From assembly GCA_963711565.1 (NCBI GenBank), contig CAVQEQ010000003.1, positions 288,001 through 352,000 on the forward strand: a stretch of DNA of 64,000 bases. The letters run 5' to 3'. Source of the DNA: an uncultured delta proteobacterium. GTDB lineage: Bacteria; Desulfobacterota; Binatia; Binatales; Binataceae. A program made the translations under genes and the position numbers. The notes under the pieces were generated by a model. That model was not told the origin of the DNA. It saw only the letters and a program-made list of their open reading frames with translations, and made no database searches. Every line of letters begins with the position of its first letter. The stretch's first letter is position 1. Shown here one piece after another: positions 15,462 to 25,577 of the stretch.

Positions 15462-16985
15462 TTACGCGAGCGCCAGGCGCTCGAATTGTTCCCCCGGCGC
15501 TTCCATCTCGACCAGTGCGGCGCGAAGTTTTTCAGCCGCGCGTTTTTCTTCAGAGCTTCCCGCGAGATTCGATTCTTCTGTGGGATCGTCACGCACGCGG
15601 TACAAATGATTTCCGCTGAACTTGCCCATCGCCCAGAACGGCAGCAGATCGCCGGCACGGTAGGGCTGGCGGATAACGGGAATCCGCGCGCCCGGCATCC
15701 GGTCCAGCACCGCGCGGTCGTCCGGCGGCGGCATCTGGACTTGCGGCATGTGATGTATCGGCATCGTGGACCATCGATTCGACCACAGGCTGAGCGGCGC
15801 GTTGTCGCCGGCCGGCGCGCGCGCATACTTCGCTTCGGCGTCGATCAAATGAATCTCGCGTCCCCATATTCCCGCCAGCGCCCAGTCGCGAATCGAAGCG
15901 GCCGCGCCGGTTATGAGCGGGAGCATCGAGCGCCCGTGCGTGCGATGCTTCATCTCGACGCCGAAGATTTCCGCGAGCGTCGCGCAGATATCGACGTTGG
16001 TGGTGAGCGTGTCCACGGTCCGCGCGCCGACGCCGGGCATCGCGATCAGCAACGGCGTATGCCCGAGCGGCTCGTAAATCGGCACGGCAGGCTTGCCCCA
16101 GATGTCCTTTTCGCCGAGGTAGTGCCCGTGATCGGTGCATACGATCACCGCGGTGTCGTTATAGAATCCGCCGCGCTCGATTGCGGCGAGCAGCTTGCCA
16201 AGCCACGAGTCGATCATCGTCAGCTTCGCGCCGTAACATGCGCGAATCTGCCGCGCCTGCTCGAGTGTCAGCACGCCGTGCGCCAGAGCGCCGCGCATAT
16301 ACGGCGGCCAGATCATGTGCGGCCCCTGCCACGACGAATCGTACATCGAGGCATACGGCTCCGGCGTATCGAACGGCTCGTGCGGATCGAACTCGTCGAT
16401 GAACAGCATGAAGCGATCGTGGCTGCGCGCCGAGCGCTCGAGCCACTCGGTCGCCGCCGCCATCGTGCGCGGTCCCGGAAAATCCGCCTCGTCGCGAAAG
16501 TAGCCGCGCGAGTTGTCGTACGGCGTATGCCCACGTGCGAACGACGGCGCACCCATCCAGCTCGGGTCGGGCCGCGTCTGCCACGGGTCGCTCTCGTGTC
16601 CGCGCTGATAGTCCCACGCGGTGAAATCGGTGTGATAGTTTTCGCCGCCGACTTCAAACAGATGCGGATGATCCGAGACCAGCTTGGTGACGACGCCGGC
16701 CGCACGAAGATACGCGGTCAGCGGCCGCTCCCAGATTTCAATCGACCCCCACGGCTTCCATAGAAAATCGATCGTGCCGCATAGAATATCGTGACGCGCG
16801 GGGATGCATGGTAGCGACCCCGAGTAGTGGCGATCGAAACGAACCGCGCGCCGCGCGAAACTGTCGAGGTTGGGCGTGTCGAACTCGCGCCCGCCGTACG
16901 CGCCAAGCATATGGCGATTGAGGCTGTCGAGCAGGATTACGATCGCGTTTTTCGGACGACGCGCTGTGATTTCGCCCACACTCAT
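15462..16985 (-). CDS. Sulfatase family protein
   Basis: LLDSLN, CIPAR (CxPxR), DPHEPF, TDHG. Confidence 0.9.
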   Translation of the reverse strand: MSVGEITARRPKNAIVILLDSLNRHMLGAYGGREFDTPNLDSFARRAVRFDRHYSGSLPCIPARHDILCGTIDFLWKPWGSIEIWERPLTAYLRAAGVVTKLVSDHPHLFEVGGENYHTDFTAWDYQRGHESDPWQTRPDPSWMGAPSFARGHTPYDNSRGYFRDEADFPGPRTMAAATEWLERSARSHDRFMLFIDEFDPHEPFDTPEPYASMYDSSWQGPHMIWPPYMRGALAHGVLTLEQARQIRACYGAKLTMIDSWLGKLLAAIERGGFYNDTAVIVCTDHGHYLGEKDIWGKPAVPIYEPLGHTPLLIAMPGVGARTVDTLTTNVDICATLAEIFGVEMKHRTHGRSMLPLITGAAASIRDWALAGIWGREIHLIDAEAKYARAPAGDNAPLSLWSNRWSTMPIHHMPQVQMPPPDDRAVLDRMPGARIPVIRQPYRAGDLLPFWAMGKFSGNHLYRVRDDPTEESNLAGSSEEKRAAEKLRAALVEMEAPGEQFERLALA

Positions 16986-17116
16986 GGATTGAATCCTAGC
17001 ACTGGCGAATGCCGCCGGGGAAAGCGATGAAACCTCGGCCCATCCGCCACGTCTATAGATGCGAGCAGGCGGGTGTGGACTTGCGTCGCGCCAAAGACTG
17101 AAATGGAATCGAGATA

Positions 17117-17815
17117 GTGGCCCTCATGAAGCGCATCAAAACTGGACTCGCAATCGCGGCGGCAATCGCAATTTCCGGATGCGCCGTCGCACCGCCGCCG
17201 ATAGCGCACACGCCCAACGTCGTCGCGACGCCCGAGCAGGGCCAGCTCGCGGTAAGCGTCGCGGCCGCACCGACGGTCGGCGAGGTCACTCCCGTTTATG
17301 TGTCGATCGCCAACGGCACCGACGCGACGCGGTCGGTGGTGCCAAGCCAGGTGTTCGCGCTCAATGAATCCGGCGAGCGAGTCGCTCCTCTACCGCCGGG
17401 CGAAGCAGCGCGCCAGGCCGGCAGCGCCAAGGAGTTGCAGGGAGCGATCGAAAGCGCTGCCGTTAGCGGTGTGGGCGGAGCGGCTGTGGGAGCGGGCGCG
17501 GGTGCGATCGCGGGTGCGGCTGGTAGAAGCGCCGGATGGTGGGGCTTCGGATCTCCGGGCGCCGGAGCGCTGGTCGGCTCCGCTTTCGGCGGTGGATGGG
17601 GAATTATCCGGGGCGCGGAAAGAGGCCAGACGAGAGCCGACCAGCAGGCCAATCAGCAGATCGAAGCGCTCGCGCTGAAGCCCGAAGAAGTGCGCAAAGA
17701 CTTCACGGTGAGCGGCTACGTCTTCTTCCCCAAGGGACAATACAACCAGGTCCAGATGCTGCTGGTGGATCGCGAAACCGGCGACACCCAGATCGTCAGC
17801 GAACCCTGGCACTGA
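17117..17815 (+). CDS. Hypothetical lipoprotein with glycine-zipper segment
   Basis: AISGC lipobox; GAAVGAGAGAIAGAA. Confidence 0.7.
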   Translation: MALMKRIKTGLAIAAAIAISGCAVAPPPIAHTPNVVATPEQGQLAVSVAAAPTVGEVTPVYVSIANGTDATRSVVPSQVFALNESGERVAPLPPGEAARQAGSAKELQGAIESAAVSGVGGAAVGAGAGAIAGAAGRSAGWWGFGSPGAGALVGSAFGGGWGIIRGAERGQTRADQQANQQIEALALKPEEVRKDFTVSGYVFFPKGQYNQVQMLLVDRETGDTQIVSEPWH

Positions 17816-17826
17816 TCGCTCGCCGC

Positions 17827-18873
17827 TTACAGCAGCGACGAGATAATCACGATCGCGCCCTGCCCTTTGCCCTTCTCAGCGGGATCGCAAATCACCGCCT
17901 TGCTGCCGATGAACTTCATGTCGGTCGGATCCATCAGACCCGAGGCGAACGGACGCGCGAGATCCTTTTCCACGCGATAAATGTTGCCGTCGCGTTCGTT
18001 GTCGTTCTCGGCGGCAAATTTGCCCGTGTCCGCGATCAGCAGCTCGTCACTGTATGAGCCGAAGCTTGACGGCGACCACGCGAAGCCCGACGGACGGGTA
18101 AACCCGACCAGGTAAACTTCGTCCTTCATCTTGCCGTCGGGGCCGACGATGCTGATGCGGCCGACCTTCGATGCAAAACTCCCCTTCGCGCGCATCCCGA
18201 CCAGCATCATGCCGGCTGCCTTCGAATCGGAAGCGGGCGGAAATGTAATGGTGGTCAGCTCGAATACGAGCGGCTTGTTGTAAGTGCCAAATACGGTCGC
18301 CTTGCCCGACGAGTCGATCGCATAGATCGTCGCGTTGCCACTGGCCGCCGCATACAGCTTGCCCGCAAACGGAGAGCCGGCGGCGCCGAACTCGAGGTCG
18401 CGGCATTCGGTTGCAGCCGCGTCAGGCAATTTCGCGAACGTGCTGACGGCGCCGGACTTGTCGATACGCTCGACTTCGCACGCTCCCTTGATACCGCCGG
18501 TCGCCGCGAGCACGAAAATATTGCCCTCATACGATCCGAATCCCGCAGGACCAACAGCGACTCCGGCCGGGTTCCTGACTTTGGTCTTGTCCGCGAGCGC
18601 TGTAACCTTGCCGCCGAAAGTGACCGAGTAAACTCCTCCCGCCTGATCCGACACGACCATCGCGCCGTGGTTGTCCTGGAGAAAATACGGCGCGACGAGG
18701 CCGGGCGCCTTCAGCGCCTTGATCTCGAACGGCACTTCCACGTCGAGGCCGGCGCCGGACGCGCGCGCGATCGAATTGGTCAAGCTCGGCAACGCGGCGA
18801 TCGTCAGCGCGGCGACGCTGAACGCGGTTGCGAAGAATAAGAATTCACTTTTTCTTTTCGATAAGTTCATCAA
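17827..18873 (-). CDS. Secreted beta-propeller-like hypothetical protein
   Basis: Signal peptide; repeated PAGVAV/PSGFAW/IYAID blade motifs. Confidence 0.7.
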   Translation of the reverse strand: MMNLSKRKSEFLFFATAFSVAALTIAALPSLTNSIARASGAGLDVEVPFEIKALKAPGLVAPYFLQDNHGAMVVSDQAGGVYSVTFGGKVTALADKTKVRNPAGVAVGPAGFGSYEGNIFVLAATGGIKGACEVERIDKSGAVSTFAKLPDAAATECRDLEFGAAGSPFAGKLYAAASGNATIYAIDSSGKATVFGTYNKPLVFELTTITFPPASDSKAAGMMLVGMRAKGSFASKVGRISIVGPDGKMKDEVYLVGFTRPSGFAWSPSSFGSYSDELLIADTGKFAAENDNERDGNIYRVEKDLARPFASGLMDPTDMKFIGSKAVICDPAEKGKGQGAIVIISSLL

Positions 18874-19060
18874 GTGCCTCGTTGACTGCGTACTTTTCGT
18901 TCGGATCCCGATCGTCCAGATCTGACTTGCGGCGCGAGACCCACTCGGCCAGCCCCACCGTCGCGGCCTCCGCGGGATTCGATATCCCCATCGCCTCCGC
19001 GACCCGCATGAGCTGTCCGAACAGCTCGTCGGGCACCTCGATCTGAATTTTCCTGCTCAT
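18845..19060 (-). CDS. Small ribbon-helix-helix-like protein
   Basis: MSRKIQIEVPDELFGQLMRVAEAMG fits the RHH pattern; start moved to ATG 19060. Confidence 0.55.
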   Translation of the reverse strand: MSRKIQIEVPDELFGQLMRVAEAMGISNPAEAATVGLAEWVSRRKSDLDDRDPNEKYAVNEALDELIEKKK

Positions 19061-19133
19061 GCGGCCACGCTCGATACACTTTCCGGCGATTGTTCGTCCT
19101 TCCATATAGTCTTAGGCCGCTGCGGTCGTCAAA

Positions 19134-21122
19134 ATGAATTCAGACGTGTCATCGCCACTCAAATACACCGGGGTCATCATCGAGTATCTCGATCAAGGCC
19201 GGCTGAAGGCCGCATTGGTCACCCGCGAACAGGAACGCCATCTCGCAGTGATCGATTCGGCGGGACACGAGCGGCTGGTGCCGCGCGATCTCGTCCTGAT
19301 GCGCCATCTGGAACGACGCGCCGATCGCGAAAACGTCGCCGAGGCGCTCGCGGAGCTCGAACACGATCGCGCCGAACTGGCCGCCGAACTCGACCTCGAG
19401 TTGCTGTGGCAGGTTGCGCAGGAGCAGAGCCGCAGTTTTTCGGCCGTGGAACTCGCCGATTTATTTTTCGGCCGGAAATCGAATGCCGCCGCCTCCGTGA
19501 TGCTCGAAGCTTTACTGAACGATCGAACGTACTTCGTGCGCCGCCACATGGATTTCGTGCCGCGCACGCCGGATCAGGTCGAACGCCTACGGATTCAGAA
19601 CGATCGGATTCGGTCACGCAGCGACGACTATCGTAAAATCCAGAAGCAGCTACGCAACGTCCTGAATGGCGCCGAGAAACCGCCCGCCGACGAAGCGGCC
19701 GCACTCGTCGAGGAGCTGTCGCGCTATCTCAAAAATCCGTTCACGCGCAGCCGCGACTTGACCCAGATGCTCACGCAGGCCGCGCCCAACGTCGATCCCG
19801 GCGAAGCGGCTTTCGAAATTCTCGAGCGGCTCGGCGCGCCGCTGCGCGTACCGCGTTTCGCATTTATCGCCGGCCTCAAGGATGAGTTCAGCGACGCCGT
19901 CATGAAGGAAGCGTCCGCAGTCGTGCCGGGCCCGCGCGCAATCTCCGACGGCGGGTTCGCGGTAACCGTCGATGACGAAGACACGGTCGAGGTCGATGAC
20001 GCGCTCAGTTGCGAGGCGCTCGCCGACGGCGGAGTCCGCGTGCGCGTGCACATCGCGCTGGTCGCGGATTTCGTCGCCAAAGGCGGCGCGATGGATCAGG
20101 AGGCGGCTTCGCGCGCGACCACGGTTTACCTGCCCGAGACAACCATCAGGATGCTGCCTGATCCGATCTCGTGCCGCGCCGCGAGTCTGATCGAAGGCGA
20201 AGATCGCCCCGTGATGACCACCGATGTGCGCTTGTCGGCCGACGGTGAGCTGCTCGACGCTTCGATTTATCCCGCGCGAATCCCAATCGTGCGCCGGCTC
20301 GACTACGACCAGGTCGATCGCATCCTCGAGTCGGGGGTGCGCGCAGATGAAACCGCCGCGACTGTCGCGCGACTGAATGCGGCCGCCATTCAGCTTCGTC
20401 AACGACGCCGCACCGCCGGCGCCGTGCTGGTGCAAAGGCGTGAGGCGAAGGTTCGCGTGCACGGCGACGACGTAGAAATCACCGTGCTCGACAATGCGTC
20501 TCCCGGTCGCACATTGGTGGCGGAGTTCATGGTGCTGAGCAATTTCGTCGCGGCTCGCTACGCCGCATCGAATCGGATTCCGATCATTTACCGCGTCCAG
20601 CCGCAACTCGGCGGCGATATGGCGTCGATGCGCCCGCGGCTTTCGTTGCATCCGGAATATCATGCCGGAATCGGACTCGACTTCTACGCGCAGTTGAGTT
20701 CGCCGATCCGCCGCTACGCCGACCTCGTTCTGCAGCGGCAATTGCTGGGCGCGCTTGCGAGTCGCGACCACGAAGCGCCGATTTACAATGTCGATGAATT
20801 GCTGACCGTGCTCGCGGGTGCCGAGAACGCGGAGGGTTCCGGCCGCGAGCTCGAACGGCGTGCCAAGCGCTACTGGACTCTTCGCTACCTGGAGCGTCAC
20901 GCGCAAGACGGCCCGCTGATCGCATACGTCGCGCGCGAAGGACAAAGTGCGGAGCTCGCTGATTTCGCCGTGCGCGGCACCCTGCACGGCGCGCCGACCT
21001 TGCCCAATCAGATGCCGATAATGGTGCAGGTGAGCCGCGTCGATCCATTGCGCGGATGGCTCGCGTTCGATTTCGTCGGCCCCGCCGACGAAGCCTCGAC
21101 CGGCGCGATCAGAACGACCTGA
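19134..21122 (+). CDS. RNB-domain exoribonuclease (RNase II family)
   Basis: TVDDEDTVEVDDALS, VHIA, TTVYLP, SSPIRRYADL. Confidence 0.9.
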   Translation: MNSDVSSPLKYTGVIIEYLDQGRLKAALVTREQERHLAVIDSAGHERLVPRDLVLMRHLERRADRENVAEALAELEHDRAELAAELDLELLWQVAQEQSRSFSAVELADLFFGRKSNAAASVMLEALLNDRTYFVRRHMDFVPRTPDQVERLRIQNDRIRSRSDDYRKIQKQLRNVLNGAEKPPADEAAALVEELSRYLKNPFTRSRDLTQMLTQAAPNVDPGEAAFEILERLGAPLRVPRFAFIAGLKDEFSDAVMKEASAVVPGPRAISDGGFAVTVDDEDTVEVDDALSCEALADGGVRVRVHIALVADFVAKGGAMDQEAASRATTVYLPETTIRMLPDPISCRAASLIEGEDRPVMTTDVRLSADGELLDASIYPARIPIVRRLDYDQVDRILESGVRADETAATVARLNAAAIQLRQRRRTAGAVLVQRREAKVRVHGDDVEITVLDNASPGRTLVAEFMVLSNFVAARYAASNRIPIIYRVQPQLGGDMASMRPRLSLHPEYHAGIGLDFYAQLSSPIRRYADLVLQRQLLGALASRDHEAPIYNVDELLTVLAGAENAEGSGRELERRAKRYWTLRYLERHAQDGPLIAYVAREGQSAELADFAVRGTLHGAPTLPNQMPIMVQVSRVDPLRGWLAFDFVGPADEASTGAIRTT

Positions 21123-21456
21123 TCAACTCCTGGTCCCGTCATCGTTGCGCGATGCCGAGCTACGTCCATCGTTCATTGCGATGTACCACGGCGCGACCAC
21201 GCGCGCATGGGTACGCACTCCGCTTGCCGCATTGCCTACTTTTGTCTTCGCGCGCGCAGCAAGCGTCGCCTGAATCGCCAGCGACATGCCCATGATCAAT
21301 CCCGCTAGAATCGTCAAACGCATACCTTCTCCTCGACGCTCACCGTCGTCCGGACGCCCAAGACTAGCCACGCCGGGCGTCCTTGCGGACGCCCTTCTGC
21401 GTGACTCCCCTCTTTCCCTTCGACTCCCCCCGTTTCTCGCTACGCGCCTGGCAGTC

Positions 21457-21651
21457 CTACATCTCTTTCTGTGTGTCCTGCTCGAGGCGCCACCGGTCGA
21501 TCGATTCGATATTGAAGCGCCAGTCGCTGCCGACCTTGAACGCAGGCAGCCGTCCGCGCTTGAGTTGCCGGTAAATCGTCAACGGATGAACCTTCAGATA
21601 ATCCGATAGTTCCTTGACCGTCAGTACGTGGCTGCTGTCGTTTTTCAGCAT
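21457..21651 (-). CDS. Excisionase-like helix-turn-helix DNA-binding protein
   Basis: LTVKELSDYLKVHPLTIYRQLKRGRLPAFKVGSDWRF; AAGGGG RBS. Confidence 0.88.
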   Translation of the reverse strand: MLKNDSSHVLTVKELSDYLKVHPLTIYRQLKRGRLPAFKVGSDWRFNIESIDRWRLEQDTQKEM

Positions 21652-21723
21652 CTGTCAGTTCCCCTTTTCAAATCTCTTTGGTCGATTCGTGCGATTATCC
21701 AAGCGACTCTGGATAAGGCTTAT

Positions 21724-21740
21724 CGCAAGCTGCGTGCCGA
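21724..21740 (-). promoter_or_regulatory. Sigma-54 (-24/-12) promoter
   Basis: TCGGCACGCAGCTTGCG has the exact GG-N10-GC spacing, about 75 nt upstream of the HTH gene. Confidence 0.65.
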
Positions 21741-21944
21741 GGGGACGCGAACCTGAATGTCACACGAATAAAGCGGTCTGCGGCCATGATTGACCGCCGC
21801 AGGCGGTAGGATTTTGCCACTACGACAGAAAAATGACGGTCACGCCGCGAACGCGACGCATCTATGCCCGTCGTCGCATCCTTGGGACACTCGCCGTCCG
21901 GTTTTGACCGCCTGGTGTCATCCGCTAACTGCGAGTTTATGCGG

Positions 21945-22793
21945 TCAGACCTTGCCGATCAGGTCGCGCGCGACTCCGCGCACACCTTCGAGGAGTGCCG
22001 CCTCGTCGGCGCCGCGTTGCAGCAGGATAAGCCGGCTCACGCCCAGGTCGGCATAGCGCTTCACGGTGTCGCGATCGACCTTCACTCGCGGACTCGGCGT
22101 GATGCTTATCTCAACGTCCTCGAACCGACGGTCCGCCGCCTTGCACGCCAGTTTTAGCCCCTCGACGCACTTCGCCGTCCCGTCAAGGTCCTGCGCAAAC
22201 CCGTACCATCCCTTGGCGAGCCGCGCCGCACGGCTGTAGGCCTCCTTGGTATGGCCGCCGAAGACAATCTCGGGATGCGGCTGCTGCACCGGCCGCGGCA
22301 TCGCATTGACGCCCTTGAACGAGACCCACCTGCCGCTGAACTCAGGCTTCGGCATCGACCACAACGCGATCATCGCCGCCAGCCATTCCTCCGAGCGCGC
22401 GCCCTTGTGATCGAACGGCGCGCCGATCGCGTCGAACTCCGGCTTCAGGTAGCCGACGCCGATACCGAAAATCAGCCGGCCGTTCGACAGCACGTCCGTC
22501 GATGCGAGCTCCTTGGCGAGCACGACCGGATTGCGCTGGGGCAATATGATGATGCCGGTGCCGAGCCGAATCTTCGTCGTATGCGCCGCGACAAACGCCA
22601 GTGCGATCGCGGGATCGAGCATCGGGTAGTCCGCCGGCACGGGTGACGGCGGCGCCTGCGGGTCGGGCAGTATCACATGCTCGCCCGTCCACACGCTCTC
22701 GAAGCCGGCATCTTCGGCCGCGCGCGCGACGGCGGCGGCGCACTTGGGAAACGCACACGGTCCGTTGTTGATTCCGAATAATCCGAATTTCAT
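21945..22793 (-). CDS. LLM-class (probably F420-dependent) oxidoreductase
   Basis: MKFGLFG...GFESVWTGEHV...IRLGTGIIILPQRNP...PRPVQQPHP. True start at 22793; the track ORF is over-extended. Confidence 0.9.
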   Translation of the reverse strand: MKFGLFGINNGPCAFPKCAAAVARAAEDAGFESVWTGEHVILPDPQAPPSPVPADYPMLDPAIALAFVAAHTTKIRLGTGIIILPQRNPVVLAKELASTDVLSNGRLIFGIGVGYLKPEFDAIGAPFDHKGARSEEWLAAMIALWSMPKPEFSGRWVSFKGVNAMPRPVQQPHPEIVFGGHTKEAYSRAARLAKGWYGFAQDLDGTAKCVEGLKLACKAADRRFEDVEISITPSPRVKVDRDTVKRYADLGVSRLILLQRGADEAALLEGVRGVARDLIGKV

Positions 22794-22895
22794 AGACGAC
22801 TGATTATCACGACCATGTGGATTGCGGCCAGTTGCGACGCGTTGACGTGACGCGCCGCGCATCATCATAATCGCTTCGACTACTTCCCCGAGGCG

Positions 22896-23465
22896 GTGGC
22901 AGAGGCGGGCGCGATGAGATGTCCCCAGTGCGGTAACGACAACCAGCAAGGCGCCGCCTTCTGCTCGCGATGCGGCACGCGGATGTTCGCGCCGAAGCCG
23001 TCGGCCGTGCGCGAGTACGCGCTGGCCGTATACCGTCCCTCGCTGTGGTACTACGCCAACGGCTTCCTCGTCGGCGGTATTCTGATCGCGGCCGGTGCGC
23101 GAGTGCTGTCCGGCAGAATCCAGAATTTGCAGATACCGGTCCAGGCGGGCTTTTCGATAGTCGGCCTCGGCGTCCTGATAATCCTGATCACGATGATTCG
23201 CGCGCGAACCGTCAACTGGAGTCTCACTTCCGATCGGCTGATCGAGAAACGCGGATTGCTCGCGTCGCGCCGGCGCGAGATGGAACTGGCCGACATCCGC
23301 TCGGTCGAAGTCGATAAACGCGTCTTCCAGCGGCTGTTCGGACTCGGCGACGTCACGATAGCGTCGGCGGCCAGCTCCGACTACGCCATCCGCCTCCATG
23401 AAATCCAGGATCCCGACAACGCCGCCGAAACGATTCGCAAGGCGCGCCTGAAACGGTTGGCATAA
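22896..23465 (+). CDS. Zinc-ribbon plus bacterial PH-domain membrane protein
   Basis: CPQCG...FCSRCG; two TM helices; LTSDRLIEKRG...QRLFGLGDV. Confidence 0.8.
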   Translation: MAEAGAMRCPQCGNDNQQGAAFCSRCGTRMFAPKPSAVREYALAVYRPSLWYYANGFLVGGILIAAGARVLSGRIQNLQIPVQAGFSIVGLGVLIILITMIRARTVNWSLTSDRLIEKRGLLASRRREMELADIRSVEVDKRVFQRLFGLGDVTIASAASSDYAIRLHEIQDPDNAAETIRKARLKRLA

Positions 23466-23471
23466 ATCACG

Positions 23472-24098
23472 ATGAGCAAACGACCCGACCTGCGCTACGA
23501 ACGACGCCTGTGGAAACTCGGCATCGACGCCGTCGCCGGTGTCGATGAAGCCGGGGTCGGCCCGATGGCGGGTCCGGTGGTGGCGGCGGCCGTCGTTTTC
23601 GCACCCGAGACGTTCATCAGCGGCGTACACGACTCCAAGCAGTTGACCCACGAACAGCGCGAAGAACTTTTCATCCCGATTCACGAGCGCGCAATCGCCA
23701 TCGGCGTCGGCATCGCGGAGGTCAACGAAATCGATCGCCTCAACATCTATTGGGCCACGATGTCGGCGAGCCGCCGCGCGCTGTCCGCGTTGAGTCTCAC
23801 CCCCGGCCACGTGCTGGTTGACGGGCGGCTGATCCCCAGCCTCGAACTGCCGCAGACCAAAATCGTCGGCGGCGATCGCAAGAGCTTCTGCATCGCCGCC
23901 GCCTCGATCGTCGCCAAGGTCACGCGCGACCGCATGATGGTCGATCTCGATGGCCGCTACCCCGGCTACGGCTTCGCGCAACACAAGGGGTACTGCACGA
24001 ACGAGCACATGCAGAGTCTGAACAAGCTTGGGCCGTCGCCAATCCATCGCCGCTCGTTCTGGCCGGTAGCCGCCTCCGCGCAACGACTTCTGTTCTGA
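23472..24098 (+). CDS. rnhB: Ribonuclease HII
   Basis: GVDEAGVGPMAGPV, DSKQL, LVDG, IAAASIVAKVTRD, HKGY, HRRSF. Confidence 0.95.
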   Translation: MSKRPDLRYERRLWKLGIDAVAGVDEAGVGPMAGPVVAAAVVFAPETFISGVHDSKQLTHEQREELFIPIHERAIAIGVGIAEVNEIDRLNIYWATMSASRRALSALSLTPGHVLVDGRLIPSLELPQTKIVGGDRKSFCIAAASIVAKVTRDRMMVDLDGRYPGYGFAQHKGYCTNEHMQSLNKLGPSPIHRRSFWPVAASAQRLLF

Positions 24099-24178
24099 TT
24101 CCGAACACACTACAGGTTGCGGTCTGGTGGCAACCACGACCCCATCGGTCTAGCAGTCGCGTCAAATACTCCTTCGCA

Positions 24179-24229
24179 TTGACCTCGAAGGTAGCATGGT
24201 GCTACCTTCAATACGTAGCGCGGTGCTAC
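24179..24229 (+). promoter_or_regulatory. mqsRA promoter with two palindromic operators
   Basis: TTGACC at 24179; perfect inverted repeat GAAGGTAGCA-TGG-TGCTACCTTC 24187-24209; second GTAGC-N5-GCTAC at 24215-24229. Confidence 0.7.
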
Positions 24230-24319
24230 CAATGAAAACCCGGAGGAATACAATCGATGCAGAAGAGGTTCTTTTGTGGAACAGTGATTCGTTCAGGATC
24301 GGGTCGGTAGGGATTTCAA

Positions 24320-24625
24320 ATGGGCGCGACGTATTCGCTCGACGCGATCCAGTTACGATTGAAAGAAGGAAAGTTCGTTATAACGCAGAGCGGACTGCAA
24401 GGCGCTCTCCAGATAGGGCTCGATGGCGAAGATATCGCCGAATGTATCTGCGAAGAGTTGAGAGATTCACATTTCTACAAAACGATGCCGGCGGACAAGC
24501 GCCCCGGCATGTGGCAAGACGTTTATCGTATTCGCTTCCGTGGCAAGAGGGTGTACCTGAAGGTTCAGATGAATACTCGCGGTTATGCAGTAATCGTCTC
24601 TTTCAAGGAGGACACGAGCCCCTGA
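24320..24625 (+). CDS. mqsR: MqsR-family mRNA interferase toxin
   Basis: YSLDAIQ...HFYKTM...WQDVY...YLK...IVSFKE. Confidence 0.85.
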   Translation: MGATYSLDAIQLRLKEGKFVITQSGLQGALQIGLDGEDIAECICEELRDSHFYKTMPADKRPGMWQDVYRIRFRGKRVYLKVQMNTRGYAVIVSFKEDTSP

Positions 24626-24710
24626 GTGTACCGATCTATTACGCCGCCGCACGGAGCCTTTTGAGCCCCTGCGGCGCCTATATCTTAGTTGACCCATATT
24701 CTAATTAATC

Positions 24711-25175
24711 ATGATGGATAGGAAGAATATTGTTTGTGAAGTGTGCTCGTTGGAATCAGCGGAGAAGGTTTCTGAGAGCTTCCGGGCAAGCTATGATCAG
24801 ATTCCAGTAGTGCTCCCCTCCGTTGAGATGTATAGCTGTAGCCAGTGCGGCGAGAAATTCTTCACGCCAGAGCAGGCAAAACACGTGGCCAAGGCGGTCC
24901 GTGTCGTGGTTCGCCAGCAGTTGGGCCTACTCCCTCCTGAAAGAATTATCGAGATTAGGCGCGCACGTGGGCTCTCGCAGGAACGTTTGGAAGCCTTGCT
25001 TGGTCTTGGATCGAAAGTTGTTACGCGCTGGGAAACCGGTCGAGTGCTGCAGACCAAGCAAGCGGATGATCTCCTGCGCCTGATCGAGAAGGTACCAGTC
25101 GTGATCGACGTATTGCGGGAGATCCGCGAGGAGTCCGGTCGTAGCCGCGCATCAAATCGTTCCGCTGTGGTCTAG
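24711..25175 (+). CDS. mqsA: MqsA-family antitoxin (Zn finger plus XRE HTH)
   Basis: CEVC...CSQCGE; IRRARGLSQERLEALLGLGSKVVTRWETG. Confidence 0.88.
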   Translation: MMDRKNIVCEVCSLESAEKVSESFRASYDQIPVVLPSVEMYSCSQCGEKFFTPEQAKHVAKAVRVVVRQQLGLLPPERIIEIRRARGLSQERLEALLGLGSKVVTRWETGRVLQTKQADDLLRLIEKVPVVIDVLREIREESGRSRASNRSAVV

Positions 25176-25577
25176 CATCGACCGCCCAGTTTTTTAGGAT
25201 CGAGCGCGATTCGGTCTTCTTTCGAGAATCTTACCGGCGGTGGAATAGATCCGACGCGGAAACGTTCTCGTGGAAAGCGTTCCAAGTCTTTTTAGAGAGG
25301 GCCTCGGCACTCCGGTCGCGATTGCACGATTTAAGCGGGTCAGCTTAAAGGAAGGTCGTAAAGTTCCTATCCGATGGACTTGAGCACATACTCTATACCT
25401 TGGCCGCGGAGAGTGCTCGGCGCCAAATCTGGGGACCGTGAAAGCAGCGCAAGGAAAATAAGCCTCAGCGCGGAGAAAAAGCGCTTGGTCGCTCGACTAA
25501 GGGCGGCGTTGACTGGATGCCTGGGAACTCCGGCGGAATCTTGAACCGAGCGCGAAGCGCAGCACGGTATAGGGATC

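Noticed and set aside
21457-21651. Excisionase of the tRNA-Leu island
   Set aside because: Lies 7 kb outside the att junction among host genes
22794-24137. N-terminal 447 aa of the 730-aa track ORF, read as a fusion to the LLM enzyme
   Set aside because: Antisense to rnhB and the PH-domain gene; the LLM protein starts at 22793
24196-24708. 170-aa ORF overlapping mqsR
   Set aside because: Alternative frame without motifs; begins inside the operator palindromes
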